Part shown: positions 49,201 to 58,742 of the stretch, piece by piece
How positions within the stretch are numbered: position 1 is the first letter of the stretch
How the letters are laid out: every line of letters starts with the position of its first letter
Origin: an uncultured virus (IMG/VR IMGVR_UViG_3300024235_000284)
Taxonomy: Duplodnaviria > Heunggongvirae > Uroviricota > Caudoviricetes
Length of the DNA stretch: 64,000 nucleotides
IMG/VR virus record: IMGVR_UViG_3300024235_000284
Reading direction: 5' to 3' (one strand)
Position numbers and translations under genes: made by a program
Notes under the pieces: generated by a model
Database searches by the model: none
The model's input: the letters and a program-made list of their open reading frames with translations, nothing else
What the model was told of the DNA's origin: nothing

Positions 49201-51601
49201 GCAGATTATGTTCGTCATTTTCTGCATGCCACTTTGTCGAGTCTTTGGGTGCTCCGTCCAGTCCAGCCAAATCGAGCTTGACGGTACCAGCTGGTCGACC
49301 CATGGTCCACGTGCTAACATCTCCGGTGGTGTTTTGTAAATAGTGATTTTGTAGTTGATTGTCAAAAGCTGCAACTTTGCCGGTGGATCCTGTGTCTAAT
49401 CCCAACACATTCTCGACAAGCGTGCTTCCGGATTTGACCACACTGGTTGGATTGTCGGTGTCACTCGGTTTGCTCCCTCCACTGCCCATGGTGTTGGCTT
49501 TAGCGTAACGATTGTCTAGATCTTTGCTCCGTATACCAACCACGTGACCCTCTTTGTTCATCGCAACCCCGGCGATAACATAACCTTTGTCATGGAATTT
49601 ATCTGGAGAATAACTCTCACTGCTACCAGTACCAACTGGCATGAGTTTTCCAAAAATTGTCGGTAAAGCAGAATCACCAGCATATATCGTGCTGTATGTT
49701 GTGTTTTTGTCACCCAATCCAACATCATTGAATGTGTCTATATATGGGTGCAACTCACCACCAACCGGCACGCCATCAACCTCCTCAGTGACTAGTGTTG
49801 CTTCATTATTGTAACCAAGATCAAACATGTTTTGACCTACTGGTAAGTGTCTCATGGTCAATCGATTGGCACCACTATTGTCACTCTTCACACCGTACGA
49901 GTGTATGGATCCGTGATCGATGGTCAAACTTTCCACCTTGTCTCCGGCAATGGTGATGTTCTCGCGTGGGTCTGTGGTGGTGGCTTTCGGTGTAAGTACA
50001 TCATTGTCTGTTCCCCACGACCCAAATCTACTGAACCACTTCAATCTAACAGCCTCATTACCTGACAAGCTTGGTGGTGCAAAAGTGTTGGTTATCTTTA
50101 GTGGTGTGGTGTCTGTTGACACAACTTTTATATAATCCTGTCCTTCTGAATGATCTGTACCTCCGAACAACACACTACCATCACGCTCACTTGCTGTGGT
50201 TGAGCGCACATTGACTGTCTCCAATCCTGTGCTGCTGCCCATCATTATGTATTGACTAGCCAGACTGGTGCTTGTGAGTGTGTCTGTCTCGTCTGAATCA
50301 CCAACCTTTCCGGTGGTGTGCACAATGGCCCCTGCTTTGAATGAACCGACTCCAGTACCACCACTACCCACGTTGATGCTAGTTCCTCCACCTCCACCAC
50401 CAACGATGTTAAGCCCTGCAAATGTGGGTGTTGATTTTGTGTCTAGACTCTGATTGATTTTGTAAGCATTGTACGGAGCACCAACACCTGGTGCACCACC
50501 ATCAGATCGGACTTGATCAGCCGCATCATCATACACCATTAACCCAGACTCGAACATCAAATGAGCGTAACCCTTGTAACCCTCACCGGCTCCAGCTGAT
50601 GGTCTCAAGCTGTGCATGACCAAAGGTTTTGCTAGATGATCGTTCTGCCCGGAACGATTGCCTACAAAATTGTCTCCATTCTCACCATATTTAAATGGTG
50701 ACCACTTGGTATCGTTTAGCAATTCTGACACACTAGTGTCCCATGTATCAGTGCTGCTAGTACCACGACCTGTGTAATTGTTACCTTGTTCCCAATTTTT
50801 GTAATACACTGGCGGTCTGATATCAATTGTGCCCCAAAACTTCGCGCCATTTGATTCTTGTGTGCCTCCACCAGCAGCAATTTTTCCTGCACTCAAATAA
50901 TTAGCGTGTGTTAGATATATACCGGTTCCTTCCACAGTCTGTGCCACATTGTGACCCACACGATTGTTGTTACCATCCATGGTAACATTGAAGTCTATAC
51001 TCTTGTCTTCAAAGTGTGTGTACTGTATGTCATTGAATATCACCTTATTGTTGTCAATAGTGAGCGTTCCATCCTGTTGACTACCCTTGAATTCAATATG
51101 ACCGTCACTGTAGATGGTGATAGCATCACCGATGTTTATGTTACCACCGTTAGTGTTCTCTATCTTGAGCTCCCCGGTTCCTTCATGAGTGATTTTCGCG
51201 TCAACACGATCAGCACTCCCGGTAAAGATCAGGTCAAAATATGTTGTCACTGGACCGTTCGCTGGATGAAACCATTTACCCTCAAACGGTGTGAGGTTGC
51301 TGTTACCTGCCAGTGTTTTAGCCAACCCGTACACATTGACGTCTAAAAACTGTGCACCTTCTCCTATGATTGGATCCTGCTCCGGGGTGCTGTTGTAGTT
51401 GATCTCATGATCTGTGAACCACAAGTGCTCATCACGTGTGTTGGGGACCGAGTATCCACCAGGTGTGGTACCATCACCAACAAACAATCGTTTGGTGTCT
51501 AGCACCCATCCCGGTTCTCCGGAGGCTAAAATTGTTTTTTTGCGATCATCATCATTGCCTCGCCGGAATAAGAGTTTAGTTATCGTGGTTGTAGTGGCCA
51601 T
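46262..51601 (-). CDS. Long tail fibre with Mtd-like N-terminus and C-terminal intramolecular chaperone (peptidase S74)
   Basis: FRRG...LASGEPGWVLDTKRLFVGDG; LPVSxGGT repeats; SDERLKTDV...GVIAQEI...VRYENITAVLIEAVK; TATAAATA upstream. Confidence 0.92.
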   Translation of the reverse strand: MATTTTITKLLFRRGNDDDRKKTILASGEPGWVLDTKRLFVGDGTTPGGYSVPNTRDEHLWFTDHEINYNSTPEQDPIIGEGAQFLDVNVYGLAKTLAGNSNLTPFEGKWFHPANGPVTTYFDLIFTGSADRVDAKITHEGTGELKIENTNGGNINIGDAITIYSDGHIEFKGSQQDGTLTIDNNKVIFNDIQYTHFEDKSIDFNVTMDGNNNRVGHNVAQTVEGTGIYLTHANYLSAGKIAAGGGTQESNGAKFWGTIDIRPPVYYKNWEQGNNYTGRGTSSTDTWDTSVSELLNDTKWSPFKYGENGDNFVGNRSGQNDHLAKPLVMHSLRPSAGAGEGYKGYAHLMFESGLMVYDDAADQVRSDGGAPGVGAPYNAYKINQSLDTKSTPTFAGLNIVGGGGGGTSINVGSGGTGVGSFKAGAIVHTTGKVGDSDETDTLTSTSLASQYIMMGSSTGLETVNVRSTTASERDGSVLFGGTDHSEGQDYIKVVSTDTTPLKITNTFAPPSLSGNEAVRLKWFSRFGSWGTDNDVLTPKATTTDPRENITIAGDKVESLTIDHGSIHSYGVKSDNSGANRLTMRHLPVGQNMFDLGYNNEATLVTEEVDGVPVGGELHPYIDTFNDVGLGDKNTTYSTIYAGDSALPTIFGKLMPVGTGSSESYSPDKFHDKGYVIAGVAMNKEGHVVGIRSKDLDNRYAKANTMGSGGSKPSDTDNPTSVVKSGSTLVENVLGLDTGSTGKVAAFDNQLQNHYLQNTTGDVSTWTMGRPAGTVKLDLAGLDGAPKDSTKWHAENDEHNLQVVSNLSFGDYGTIKAINSIDLSDVYYDKQQVSHLYNVIDSKVSAVSAKFDENDLFSTVFSSGTQANGQTIVTSWYNNNLVNFSGDRNAGSTINIKDSNDSEYGLWRFSPKPLNTSGAGGHQLFFETNPGSNRGVEFKSAVDSNNNLLKMYSASPGNSNLTHFEVHNKGKKVFEIVGDADTTPGVQATFYRDEESTNETLSERSILTIDHSGLTMNTSHDGNATWSKAVRLHGNAESSKHAWVKDVGDTTETGGTTGTDKWYGITFVHDPVARDSTRDQDAGRLLFTDHATGDLLYNPHVNRLWVPELSASDGWFQDDLVVGDDLTVGDDLTVGDDLTVGGDTGITGNLTVGGWGTFASGLSAHGDVYLQRVKIGNSLEFPDDIGLTPHGLLITDGDNRLKTLSLESGDLLWGDSSGHVAVLKDPLPVSSGGTNTATFNDKAVVVTQQSGVKKLTGMSMTGNFGNIMLGGDDGPTVETVDPGPGIEIITTGRPSLPEIGNLPPLGPDNSIKIQHKITPGVGLTDASGTAYQIDATAADTNYFRGGVPYKQTRSGGELTLNVDLTDTDLADLPVSNGGTGVSNFKEHSVIISGADSDSNTATTDKSLISRPMTTNGSLLIGGTSGPVIANITGQADTNRNGALTVTSGDGTISLGYTLPGMTGETAKGKVLIGGPSGPLAATIAGQASSNRNGVLAVTNTDNGISLGYTLPNMTGEAAKGKVLIGGEAGPLAATLSGFGDVSVTEGNNSITISYTHPTKDITPPTNMGDANVFINGVDTDSNGHIKSFTTDTVTPYVHPTKTITAPSFGSNKFISGLTYDGNGHIESISTATPTSTTRDTLNIGTTDNVQFAGLGVGTGVISMANNEVRVAGDVTAFYSASDERLKTDVKTIHDALSIVNNMRGVRFKYNDKAKKMYPGVTTGTQVGVIAQEIDEHLPEVIKQAPDGEHLAVRYENITAVLIEAVKTLTTRVEQLESQLK
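47000..47310 (-). repeat. 156-bp (52-aa) tandem duplication in tail fibre
   Basis: GQAxxNRNG...ISLGYTLPxMTGExAKGKVLIGG twice; matching DNA at 47007 and 47163. Confidence 0.85.
48181..48240 (-). repeat. 18-bp tandem repeat (DDLTVG x3)
   Basis: CACCAACAGTCAAGTCAT repeated in frame. Confidence 0.9.
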
Positions 51602-51676
51602 ATTGTACTAGATTATTTATACAGTGTTATTCATTTTCCAATGGCTTTTTCATGTGTTTGTTGTTATTATATAGAT

Positions 51677-52045
51677 ATGACGGTTAGAAAAACAAACAAA
51701 CTTAAATGTATCGTGACTGGTCGAGAGTTGATCGCGACCTCTGAATATTATCAGCGCAAGGTGGATAAAGCCGGGGATGAGGATGAGCTGCACAGAACGT
51801 ATATCTGTCGAGAGGCTAAGAATTTAATAAAGCAAGGTGCGAATGTCGATCGCGTGCGCGAGTTGCTCAATGTAGATATCAGCAATGTTGGGGATGTATC
51901 AGAGGAGATTTTTCAATCAGTGATACGGGAGGACAAGACTACTAGAGTGAGACGCATCAACAACATTGTCACTACGAGTAGCATGATAAATTACAAAACT
52001 GATGATGATGTGAAGAATTACATAAATACCATTATACATGAATAA
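51677..52045 (+). CDS. Hypothetical protein
   Basis: MTVRKTNKLKCIVTG...; ATG 6 nt below TATTAT. Confidence 0.7.
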   Translation: MTVRKTNKLKCIVTGRELIATSEYYQRKVDKAGDEDELHRTYICREAKNLIKQGANVDRVRELLNVDISNVGDVSEEIFQSVIREDKTTRVRRINNIVTTSSMINYKTDDDVKNYINTIIHE

Positions 52046-52280
52046 CAAACATTACACAGTGAGACCGGATGGACAAGGCGTATATGTGATTGTGGACATG
52101 TCCACTGGTAGTATGGTCAACAGATTCAATTTACCGGGGCAGTTAATCAACGGACCGATAGTGTCCGGTGATTCATGCTCAATAGTCACACAAACTGGGT
52201 CCACACGAACAGGTTACGTTATGCGATTGCCAACCGGGAACATTGTCAACAGATTCTCCGCTGGTTCGTCAGGTATGTGA
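52038..52280 (+). CDS. Hypothetical protein
   Basis: Coupled ORF; internal repeat TGxxVNRF. Confidence 0.7.
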   Translation: MNNKHYTVRPDGQGVYVIVDMSTGSMVNRFNLPGQLINGPIVSGDSCSIVTQTGSTRTGYVMRLPTGNIVNRFSAGSSGM

Positions 52281-52298
52281 CTATTGTTTGATAAATAA

Positions 52299-52739
52299 TT
52301 GTACATGAGTACAAAAGATCACAACGAACGCCTAGAAGTTATAGAGAAGACACTCTTAAACGAGTTAGATACTATCAAACGGGAAATTGATGATTTGTAT
52401 GAAACTGTCTATAAAGGTAATGGCAAACCATCATTAGTCACTCGAGTCAGTGGCGTGGAAAGCAAGCTCCGCGGGTTACGCGAACAAATGGACGAAAAAA
52501 TTGCTCATCTTTCAAGGGAGAACAGTCTCAAGTTCGATTCACTGCATCAAAAAATTGAGAGCAAGTTCGGGAGACTAGAAGGCTGGATTGACACCAAATT
52601 CACCGGGGTGGAGAATCTAATGAAAAGCATGGCTGAGGTTGACAAGGTGTCGAGATCCGGTCAATGGCAACTCAAAGCGGCTGCGATTACTGGGGTTATG
52701 GCACTAGTGGGTACATTAATAGCGTATTTCGTAAACTAA
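52299..52739 (+). CDS. Coiled-coil protein with C-terminal TM helix (lysis-associated candidate)
   Basis: ATAAATA upstream; YKGNGKPSL; hydrophobic C-terminus. Confidence 0.65.
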   Translation: MYMSTKDHNERLEVIEKTLLNELDTIKREIDDLYETVYKGNGKPSLVTRVSGVESKLRGLREQMDEKIAHLSRENSLKFDSLHQKIESKFGRLEGWIDTKFTGVENLMKSMAEVDKVSRSGQWQLKAAAITGVMALVGTLIAYFVN

Positions 52740-52777
52740 TACTTGATATCATTGTGAGTGTATGTTATCATTAGTAT

Positions 52778-53269
52778 ATGCACGAAAATTTAATGAGCTT
52801 AGCGGAACAGTCGGTGGATCCGACACTATATACGTCAAACGAAATCTGCACCGGTCCCATGTTGTTGTTTGGGGAAAAAATTAAACACGCATTAGATCAT
52901 GCTCGTATTAATATAAAGAGTCAATTCGAACCAACACGTATCAGAGTTGGAGATAACTTTTTTTACGGGGTAACACTTGAACCAAACCGGAAGTTCAAGG
53001 AGGTTGTTAACAAAATAACTTCAGTGCCAATGCAACATGAAAATGTTGTTGAAATGTACAAAAAACGATTGGAATTATATAATTTGAGTTGTGATAATTG
53101 TTGGGCTCATCTATCTGAAAATGTTTTCCCCCTAGATGTCGAAACTATCCCGGAAATATCTATAAATAGTCCTTACATGAACTCACACAATATGTTTGAA
53201 CAAGATGAATCCATGCCCTGGTTCACCCAACACATGCAACCCAAACTATTCATCATAACAAACAGATGA
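52778..53269 (+). CDS. Hypothetical protein
   Basis: TTGATA-17-TATCAT, 6 nt to ATG. Confidence 0.7.
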   Translation: MHENLMSLAEQSVDPTLYTSNEICTGPMLLFGEKIKHALDHARINIKSQFEPTRIRVGDNFFYGVTLEPNRKFKEVVNKITSVPMQHENVVEMYKKRLELYNLSCDNCWAHLSENVFPLDVETIPEISINSPYMNSHNMFEQDESMPWFTQHMQPKLFIITNR

Positions 53270-55725
53270 ACGTAACAAAACGTGATGGCAGACCTGCTAA
53301 ATTTGATGAACGTAAAATTAAAGCATGTGTAGACCGTAGTTGTGTTGATGTGAATGGTGATCCGATCTCTGATGTGGATGCAGATGCTGTCATGTTCAAC
53401 GCTAAAATTAAATTGTTTGACGGTATAAAAACCAGCGAGATTGATGATAGTTTGGTCAAGAGTGCTAGATCCATGATCGAGCAAGAACCAAATTATCGGT
53501 ATGTTGCATCACAGTTATTGTTGAACACAATATACAAGGAGGTGTTTGGAGACGGAGTTGACAGTGATGCGTTCGAGTTGCAATACCGATCGTCATTCAT
53601 CGTCAACCTGAAAAAATTGATCAAAGCCGGGATTGTGAACAAGGAGTTAGCCAAGTTTGATTTAAATTCATTGAGCAAGTGTCTCAAACTGGATCGGGAT
53701 CGTAATTTTGTGTACATGGGATTACAGACAATATACGATAGATACTTACATCATATCGATGGTAACAAGATGGAGACTCCACAGGGCTTCTGGATGCGTG
53801 TGGCCATGGGCTTAGCGATCAAAGAACCAAGAGACCGGGAGAAATGGGTTTTAAAATATTACAATCTATTGAGCAGTTTTGATTACATGTGCAGCACACC
53901 AACATTGTTCAACAGTGGTGGTACATTCAATCAGTTGAGTAGTTGCTTCTTGAGTACATTCGAGGATAGTATTGTTGGAATATTCGATGGTCTGTTACAG
54001 GAGGCTTTGAAAAATAAATATTCTGGTGGGTTGGGAATGGATTTGACCAACTTCAGAGCAACCAATAGTTACATCAAGGGTACCAATGGAGAGACACAGG
54101 GAGCTGTTTATTTCTGGAAGCTTTACGGTGACATGTTGACTGCGGTGAATCAAGGGGGAAAGCGTAGGGGAGCCGGGTGTGCGTATCTCGAGACCTGGCA
54201 TGCGGATATAGAGGATTTCATACAGTTGAGAAAAAACACTGGAGATGATCGCAAGAGAACTCATGACATGAACACTGCACACTGGATACCGGATTTGTTT
54301 TTCAAATGTGTTGTGGAAGACAAGCCGTGGTACTTGTTCACAACAAATGAAGTTCCGGAATTGCATGATTTATACGGCAAGGAGTTTGAGAAAAAATATT
54401 ACGAGTATGTCAAACAAGGACAACGCGGTGAATTGAGAGTTTTCAGAGAGATTAATGCCAAGGATCTATGGAAAAAAATGCTCCGAAGTTTGTTCGAGAC
54501 TGGGCACCCTTGGATAACGTTCAAAGATCCTTGTAACATTCGGAGCCCTCAACAACACGCAGGAGTGATACACAGCAGCAATTTATGCACTGAGATCACA
54601 CTGAACACCAAAGCAACCACTTACAATAAAAACAGTAGAAGTGTCAAACAATACGGAGAAACTGCAGTCTGTAATCTGGGTAGTATAAATCTAGCTAACC
54701 ATGTTATGTTGAATGATACTGGTGATTATGTTATTGATCACGACAAGTTGAAAAACACAATCGATATAGGAAGCAGGATGCTGGATAATGTGATTGATAT
54801 CAACTTCTACCCAACTGAAGAAGCCAAGAGAAGCAACACATCTCATCGTCCAGTGGGGATGGGAAGCATGGGGTGGCATGACATGTTTTACAAAATGGGT
54901 GTCACGTTTGATAGTGATCAAGCGGTGAGGATCAGTGGTCAATTGTATGAATACATCTCATATCACACCATCTCCTCTAGCAACAAGCTAGCCAAAGAAC
55001 GTGGCGCGTATCCAACATACGAAGGGAGCGCGTGGAGCAAGGGTGAGTTTCCGATGGACACATATAGAACTTTGATGAGCACTCGAAAAGAACGAGCCAT
55101 TGGATCAACTAGAGGGGATCTGGACTGGAAGTTGTTAAAATCGCAGGTGGCTAAACATGGTATGAGAAACAGTAACACCATGGCGATAGCACCCACTGCC
55201 ACAATCAGTAGCATCGTGGGATGTAGCCCCAGTATAGAACCATATTACAGTGTGTTGTATGTTTACAGTACGTTGAGTGGTGAGTTCACCATGGTCAACG
55301 AGCATTTCGTCAATGACATGAAAGAGTTAGGAGCGTGGAATCAAGAGATGATCAATGAGATTAAACGGACCGATGGTGACTTGTCACATATCAATCTGAT
55401 CGATATACCACAACACATTAAAGACAAATACAAGACCAGTTTTCAACAAGACCAATTCAAAATGATTGAATGTGCCGCGGCACGGCAGCGATGGATAGAT
55501 CAAGCGCAGAGCCTCAATTTATACAACAATCAAACAAGTTTAAAATATCTGAATGATCTGTACATGCATGCATGGAATCATGGACTGAAAACGACATATT
55601 ATCTACGTAATCAAGCGGCCAGTAAGATAGAAAAGAGCACGGTGATTAATAATCCGGCGGAACCAGAAAATATAACCGCATGCAGTTTGAACAGTGCTCC
55701 CGGTGAGTGTGAGTCATGTCAATAA
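53266..55725 (+). CDS. nrdA: Ribonucleotide reductase class I alpha subunit with ATP cone
   Basis: VTKRDG cone, TPTLFN, LSSC, SNLCTEI, AIAPTA, KTTYYLR, CESCQ. Confidence 0.97.
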   Translation: MNVTKRDGRPAKFDERKIKACVDRSCVDVNGDPISDVDADAVMFNAKIKLFDGIKTSEIDDSLVKSARSMIEQEPNYRYVASQLLLNTIYKEVFGDGVDSDAFELQYRSSFIVNLKKLIKAGIVNKELAKFDLNSLSKCLKLDRDRNFVYMGLQTIYDRYLHHIDGNKMETPQGFWMRVAMGLAIKEPRDREKWVLKYYNLLSSFDYMCSTPTLFNSGGTFNQLSSCFLSTFEDSIVGIFDGLLQEALKNKYSGGLGMDLTNFRATNSYIKGTNGETQGAVYFWKLYGDMLTAVNQGGKRRGAGCAYLETWHADIEDFIQLRKNTGDDRKRTHDMNTAHWIPDLFFKCVVEDKPWYLFTTNEVPELHDLYGKEFEKKYYEYVKQGQRGELRVFREINAKDLWKKMLRSLFETGHPWITFKDPCNIRSPQQHAGVIHSSNLCTEITLNTKATTYNKNSRSVKQYGETAVCNLGSINLANHVMLNDTGDYVIDHDKLKNTIDIGSRMLDNVIDINFYPTEEAKRSNTSHRPVGMGSMGWHDMFYKMGVTFDSDQAVRISGQLYEYISYHTISSSNKLAKERGAYPTYEGSAWSKGEFPMDTYRTLMSTRKERAIGSTRGDLDWKLLKSQVAKHGMRNSNTMAIAPTATISSIVGCSPSIEPYYSVLYVYSTLSGEFTMVNEHFVNDMKELGAWNQEMINEIKRTDGDLSHINLIDIPQHIKDKYKTSFQQDQFKMIECAAARQRWIDQAQSLNLYNNQTSLKYLNDLYMHAWNHGLKTTYYLRNQAASKIEKSTVINNPAEPENITACSLNSAPGECESCQ

Positions 55726-55788
55726 TTATGAATAACTATTGTCATGATCTTGGTATTTCTCTCGATTGTAATTGCTAAATATAGTTGA

Positions 55789-56796
55789 ATGAGTCAAAAC
55801 ACTGAATGTATTTTAGGTAAAGACACCGCTGGTGTGAATCAGATCTTACCACACAAAAACAAATGGGCTTGGGACCTGTACAAGCTTGGTAAAAACAACA
55901 ACTGGACTCCGGAAGAAGTACCCATGGTAAAGGATGTACAGAACTGGAAGAAGGGTGATGTAATTACTGATAATGAACGCTTGTTGATCAAGAGATGTTT
56001 GGGCTTTTTTGCCGGTAGTGAGAGCCTGGTTGGTAACAATCTGTTCACCATGTTCAGATATGTGACTGATCCTGAATGCCGGCAGTTCATGAGCCGGCAG
56101 ATGTATGAAGAATGTTTGCACAATGACACGATCGTGTACATATGTGACAGTCTAGATCTAGACATAAACGAGGTATACAAAGCATACGAAACTGTCCCTA
56201 GCATCAAAGCTAAGGATGATTTCCTCATGAAAGTGACCAGCGATTTGACCACCAATCCGGTGGACAGCCAGACACCAGCTGGAGTGCGTGAGATCATCAA
56301 AGCAGCATTCATCTACTGGATTATATGTGAAGGTACATTCTTTTTTAGCGGTTTTGCTATGTTGTTGGCATTGTCTGAAAAAATCCCCGGAATTGCCGAA
56401 CAGATACAATACACCTTGCGTGACGAGAGTATACATATCAAATTTGGTACCATGCTGCTGAACAAAATACGTGAGGAGCATCCGGATGTGTGGGATGAAT
56501 CGCTTGATCAAGAGCTCACCGGGTATCTGAAACAAGCCGTGGAGCTAGAAATCACATACGCCAATGATGTACTACCATCCGGTATTCTCGGATTGAATGC
56601 GGATATGTTTGTGGATTATATGCAACATATAGCCAATCGCAGACTCGATGGTCTGGGCATGTCTTTTCGCTATGAGAAGGATGTGAACCCGTTCCCATGG
56701 TTGAGTGAGGTTATTGATCTGACCAAACAAAAGAACTTTTTTGAGACGAAGGTGACAGAATACCAAAATTCCGGAGCGTTGGATGATGATTTCTAA
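55789..56796 (+). CDS. nrdB: Ribonucleotide reductase beta subunit, class Ic-like
   Basis: GFFAGSESLVGNN, EECLH, EG.FFFSGF, RDESIH, KNFFETKVTEY. Confidence 0.95.
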   Translation: MSQNTECILGKDTAGVNQILPHKNKWAWDLYKLGKNNNWTPEEVPMVKDVQNWKKGDVITDNERLLIKRCLGFFAGSESLVGNNLFTMFRYVTDPECRQFMSRQMYEECLHNDTIVYICDSLDLDINEVYKAYETVPSIKAKDDFLMKVTSDLTTNPVDSQTPAGVREIIKAAFIYWIICEGTFFFSGFAMLLALSEKIPGIAEQIQYTLRDESIHIKFGTMLLNKIREEHPDVWDESLDQELTGYLKQAVELEITYANDVLPSGILGLNADMFVDYMQHIANRRLDGLGMSFRYEKDVNPFPWLSEVIDLTKQKNFFETKVTEYQNSGALDDDF

Positions 56797-56810
56797 TACG
56801 CGTGAGATTG

Positions 56811-57323
56811 TTACAGATCCACATCAATTATCATGTCATTAGTGACAATGTCTTGTGCTCGTTGCTTGCCATGCCACCTACCGCATTCCACAACTCGACC
56901 ATCTAGATCCTTGTAGTGTTGGAAAAAATTTCTAGTCATATCTAGAAACAGTGTGTCCACATCGTTCATGGTGCAGCACTTACCGTAACGATTTGTAGGT
57001 ACACACAATATCTTGTAGTCTTTCACACCATCATCGGTCATGTTCAATGAACCCAACACGACACACTCCACCAGTGTGCCTCTGTCAATTGGGTTGGAAC
57101 TGTATATTATCACATCTAATGCATCACCATCCGCAGCTAATGTGTTGGGAATGAACCCGTAGTTACCAGGATAAACCATGGCGCTATGCAACATACGATC
57201 AAGTCTGAACACCCCTAGATGAGGATCATACTCGTATTTTGCTGATGTGCCTTTGGGTATCTCCACGATGACGTTGACAACCTCCGGAGAGTTCATATTA
57301 GTTGGTATTTTGTACAAATCCAT
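56811..57323 (-). CDS. ppa: Inorganic pyrophosphatase family I
   Basis: EIPKG, KYEYD, YPGNYGFIP, DGDALD, DYKI, FFQHYK. Confidence 0.95.
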   Translation of the reverse strand: MDLYKIPTNMNSPEVVNVIVEIPKGTSAKYEYDPHLGVFRLDRMLHSAMVYPGNYGFIPNTLAADGDALDVIIYSSNPIDRGTLVECVVLGSLNMTDDGVKDYKILCVPTNRYGKCCTMNDVDTLFLDMTRNFFQHYKDLDGRVVECGRWHGKQRAQDIVTNDMIIDVDL

Positions 57324-57341
57324 TTGTGTTATTTATTAAAT

Positions 57342-58157
57342 ATGTGTGTGGATCTCAAGAGAAAAATATTAATATGTGGACTGCCGGGTTCCGGTAAAAC
57401 GACGCTGGCGGAAAAGCTAGTCCCAATACTCAACGCTGTGTGGTTTAACGCGGATGCTATACGACAAGAAATACACAAAGACCTAGGCTTCACAGCAGAG
57501 GACCGCTTGGAACATGCCAGGAGACTAGGCAAACTGAGCGACTGGGCCAGCATGGGTGGAAATTATGTTGTGGCTGATTTTGTGTGTCCTACTGCGGAGA
57601 CACGAGAGGCTTTTGATGCTCACTGGGTCATCTGGGTGGACAGAATACAAGAGGGTAGATACGAAGACACCAACAAGTTGTTCCAGCCACCAACAGATGC
57701 AGATGTGGTGCTCAAAGATGGTTCACCGGATGAATGGTGTAATCAAGTGATGGAATGTATCAACAAATCAGAGCAATGGGATAATCAAGCACCCACCGCA
57801 CTTCTGATAGGTAGGTATCAGCCGTTTCATGTGGGTCATAAAACTCTTGTGGCGGAGGCGGTCAGACGCACTGGTCAATGCTGCATAGCGTTGCGAGACG
57901 TTGGAGGTATGGATGATAATAATCCATATGACTTTGAAAAGGTCAAAGCAGAGATATACGCTGCATGTGCTGAATTCGGTGACAAGATCAAAGTGATCGA
58001 GATACCCAACATAATGGATGTTTTTTACGGGCGAGGTGTTGGATATAACATCGAGCAGCTTGAGCTGAGCAAAGAGTTACAAGAAGTGAGTGCCACTAAG
58101 ATTCGAGCTGGTGAGATTGGACAGGATGGAAAACCAACTGGAAAACGACCAGAATAA
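57342..58157 (+). CDS. cysC: Adenylylsulfate kinase-like domain fused to HxGH nucleotidyltransferase
   Basis: GLPGSGKTT, NADAIR, DLGFTAEDR; C-terminal GRYQPFHVGH...GRGVGY...SATKIR. Confidence 0.8.
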   Translation: MCVDLKRKILICGLPGSGKTTLAEKLVPILNAVWFNADAIRQEIHKDLGFTAEDRLEHARRLGKLSDWASMGGNYVVADFVCPTAETREAFDAHWVIWVDRIQEGRYEDTNKLFQPPTDADVVLKDGSPDEWCNQVMECINKSEQWDNQAPTALLIGRYQPFHVGHKTLVAEAVRRTGQCCIALRDVGGMDDNNPYDFEKVKAEIYAACAEFGDKIKVIEIPNIMDVFYGRGVGYNIEQLELSKELQEVSATKIRAGEIGQDGKPTGKRPE

Positions 58158-58168
58158 TAAATATTACC

Positions 58169-58378
58169 ATGAATGAACATCTATTTCAAATGTTGAAGTG
58201 TTCTGCAGAAGCAGACAAATCAAAAGCTGAATTGTCGTTGAAGATTTTGAGCGACAGTTGTGTTGGTATTGGAGATCATAGCACCAAAGATCTATGGGAC
58301 AATGCCGAGGAGGCCTTGGCGTTGCTCGAGAATGCCACAAGTAGATTGGAGTTGTTGGAAAAGTTAGATGCAAACTGA
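58169..58378 (+). CDS. Conserved phage hypothetical protein
   Basis: VGIGDHS motif; ATAAATA upstream. Confidence 0.7.
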   Translation: MNEHLFQMLKCSAEADKSKAELSLKILSDSCVGIGDHSTKDLWDNAEEALALLENATSRLELLEKLDAN

Positions 58379-58742
58379 AAAGAAAAACACTATGTTCTGT
58401 GACATTGACGGGACATTGTTCAAATATCGTAAATTTGAGACATACAAAACGTCTGATCCAGAGTTGCTGGATGGTGTGAAAGAGAAGATGGATCAATGGA
58501 AATCAGATGGACATATGATCATACTGACCACCGCGCGCCCAGAATATTTGCGAGAGCATACAGTCAAGGAGCTTGAGCTACATGATTTACCGTATGATAG
58601 ACTCATAATGGAGATTGAGCGAGGTCCTAGATACTTAATCAATGACATGGATCCTGGTAAACCTGGAGAACGAGCCATCGGAATCAACTTGATCCGGGAC
58701 CATGGTCTCGGGTCTCATGATTGGTCCGGATTGGAAATGTGA
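58368..58742 (+). CDS. HAD-superfamily phosphatase
   Basis: FCDIDGTL, ILTTAR, LIND. Confidence 0.85.
   Translation: MQTEKKNTMFCDIDGTLFKYRKFETYKTSDPELLDGVKEKMDQWKSDGHMIILTTARPEYLREHTVKELELHDLPYDRLIMEIERGPRYLINDMDPGKPGERAIGINLIRDHGLGSHDWSGLEM

Noticed and set aside
53266..56796. Intein or intron in nrdA/nrdB
   Set aside because: Both have normal length and continuous motifs.
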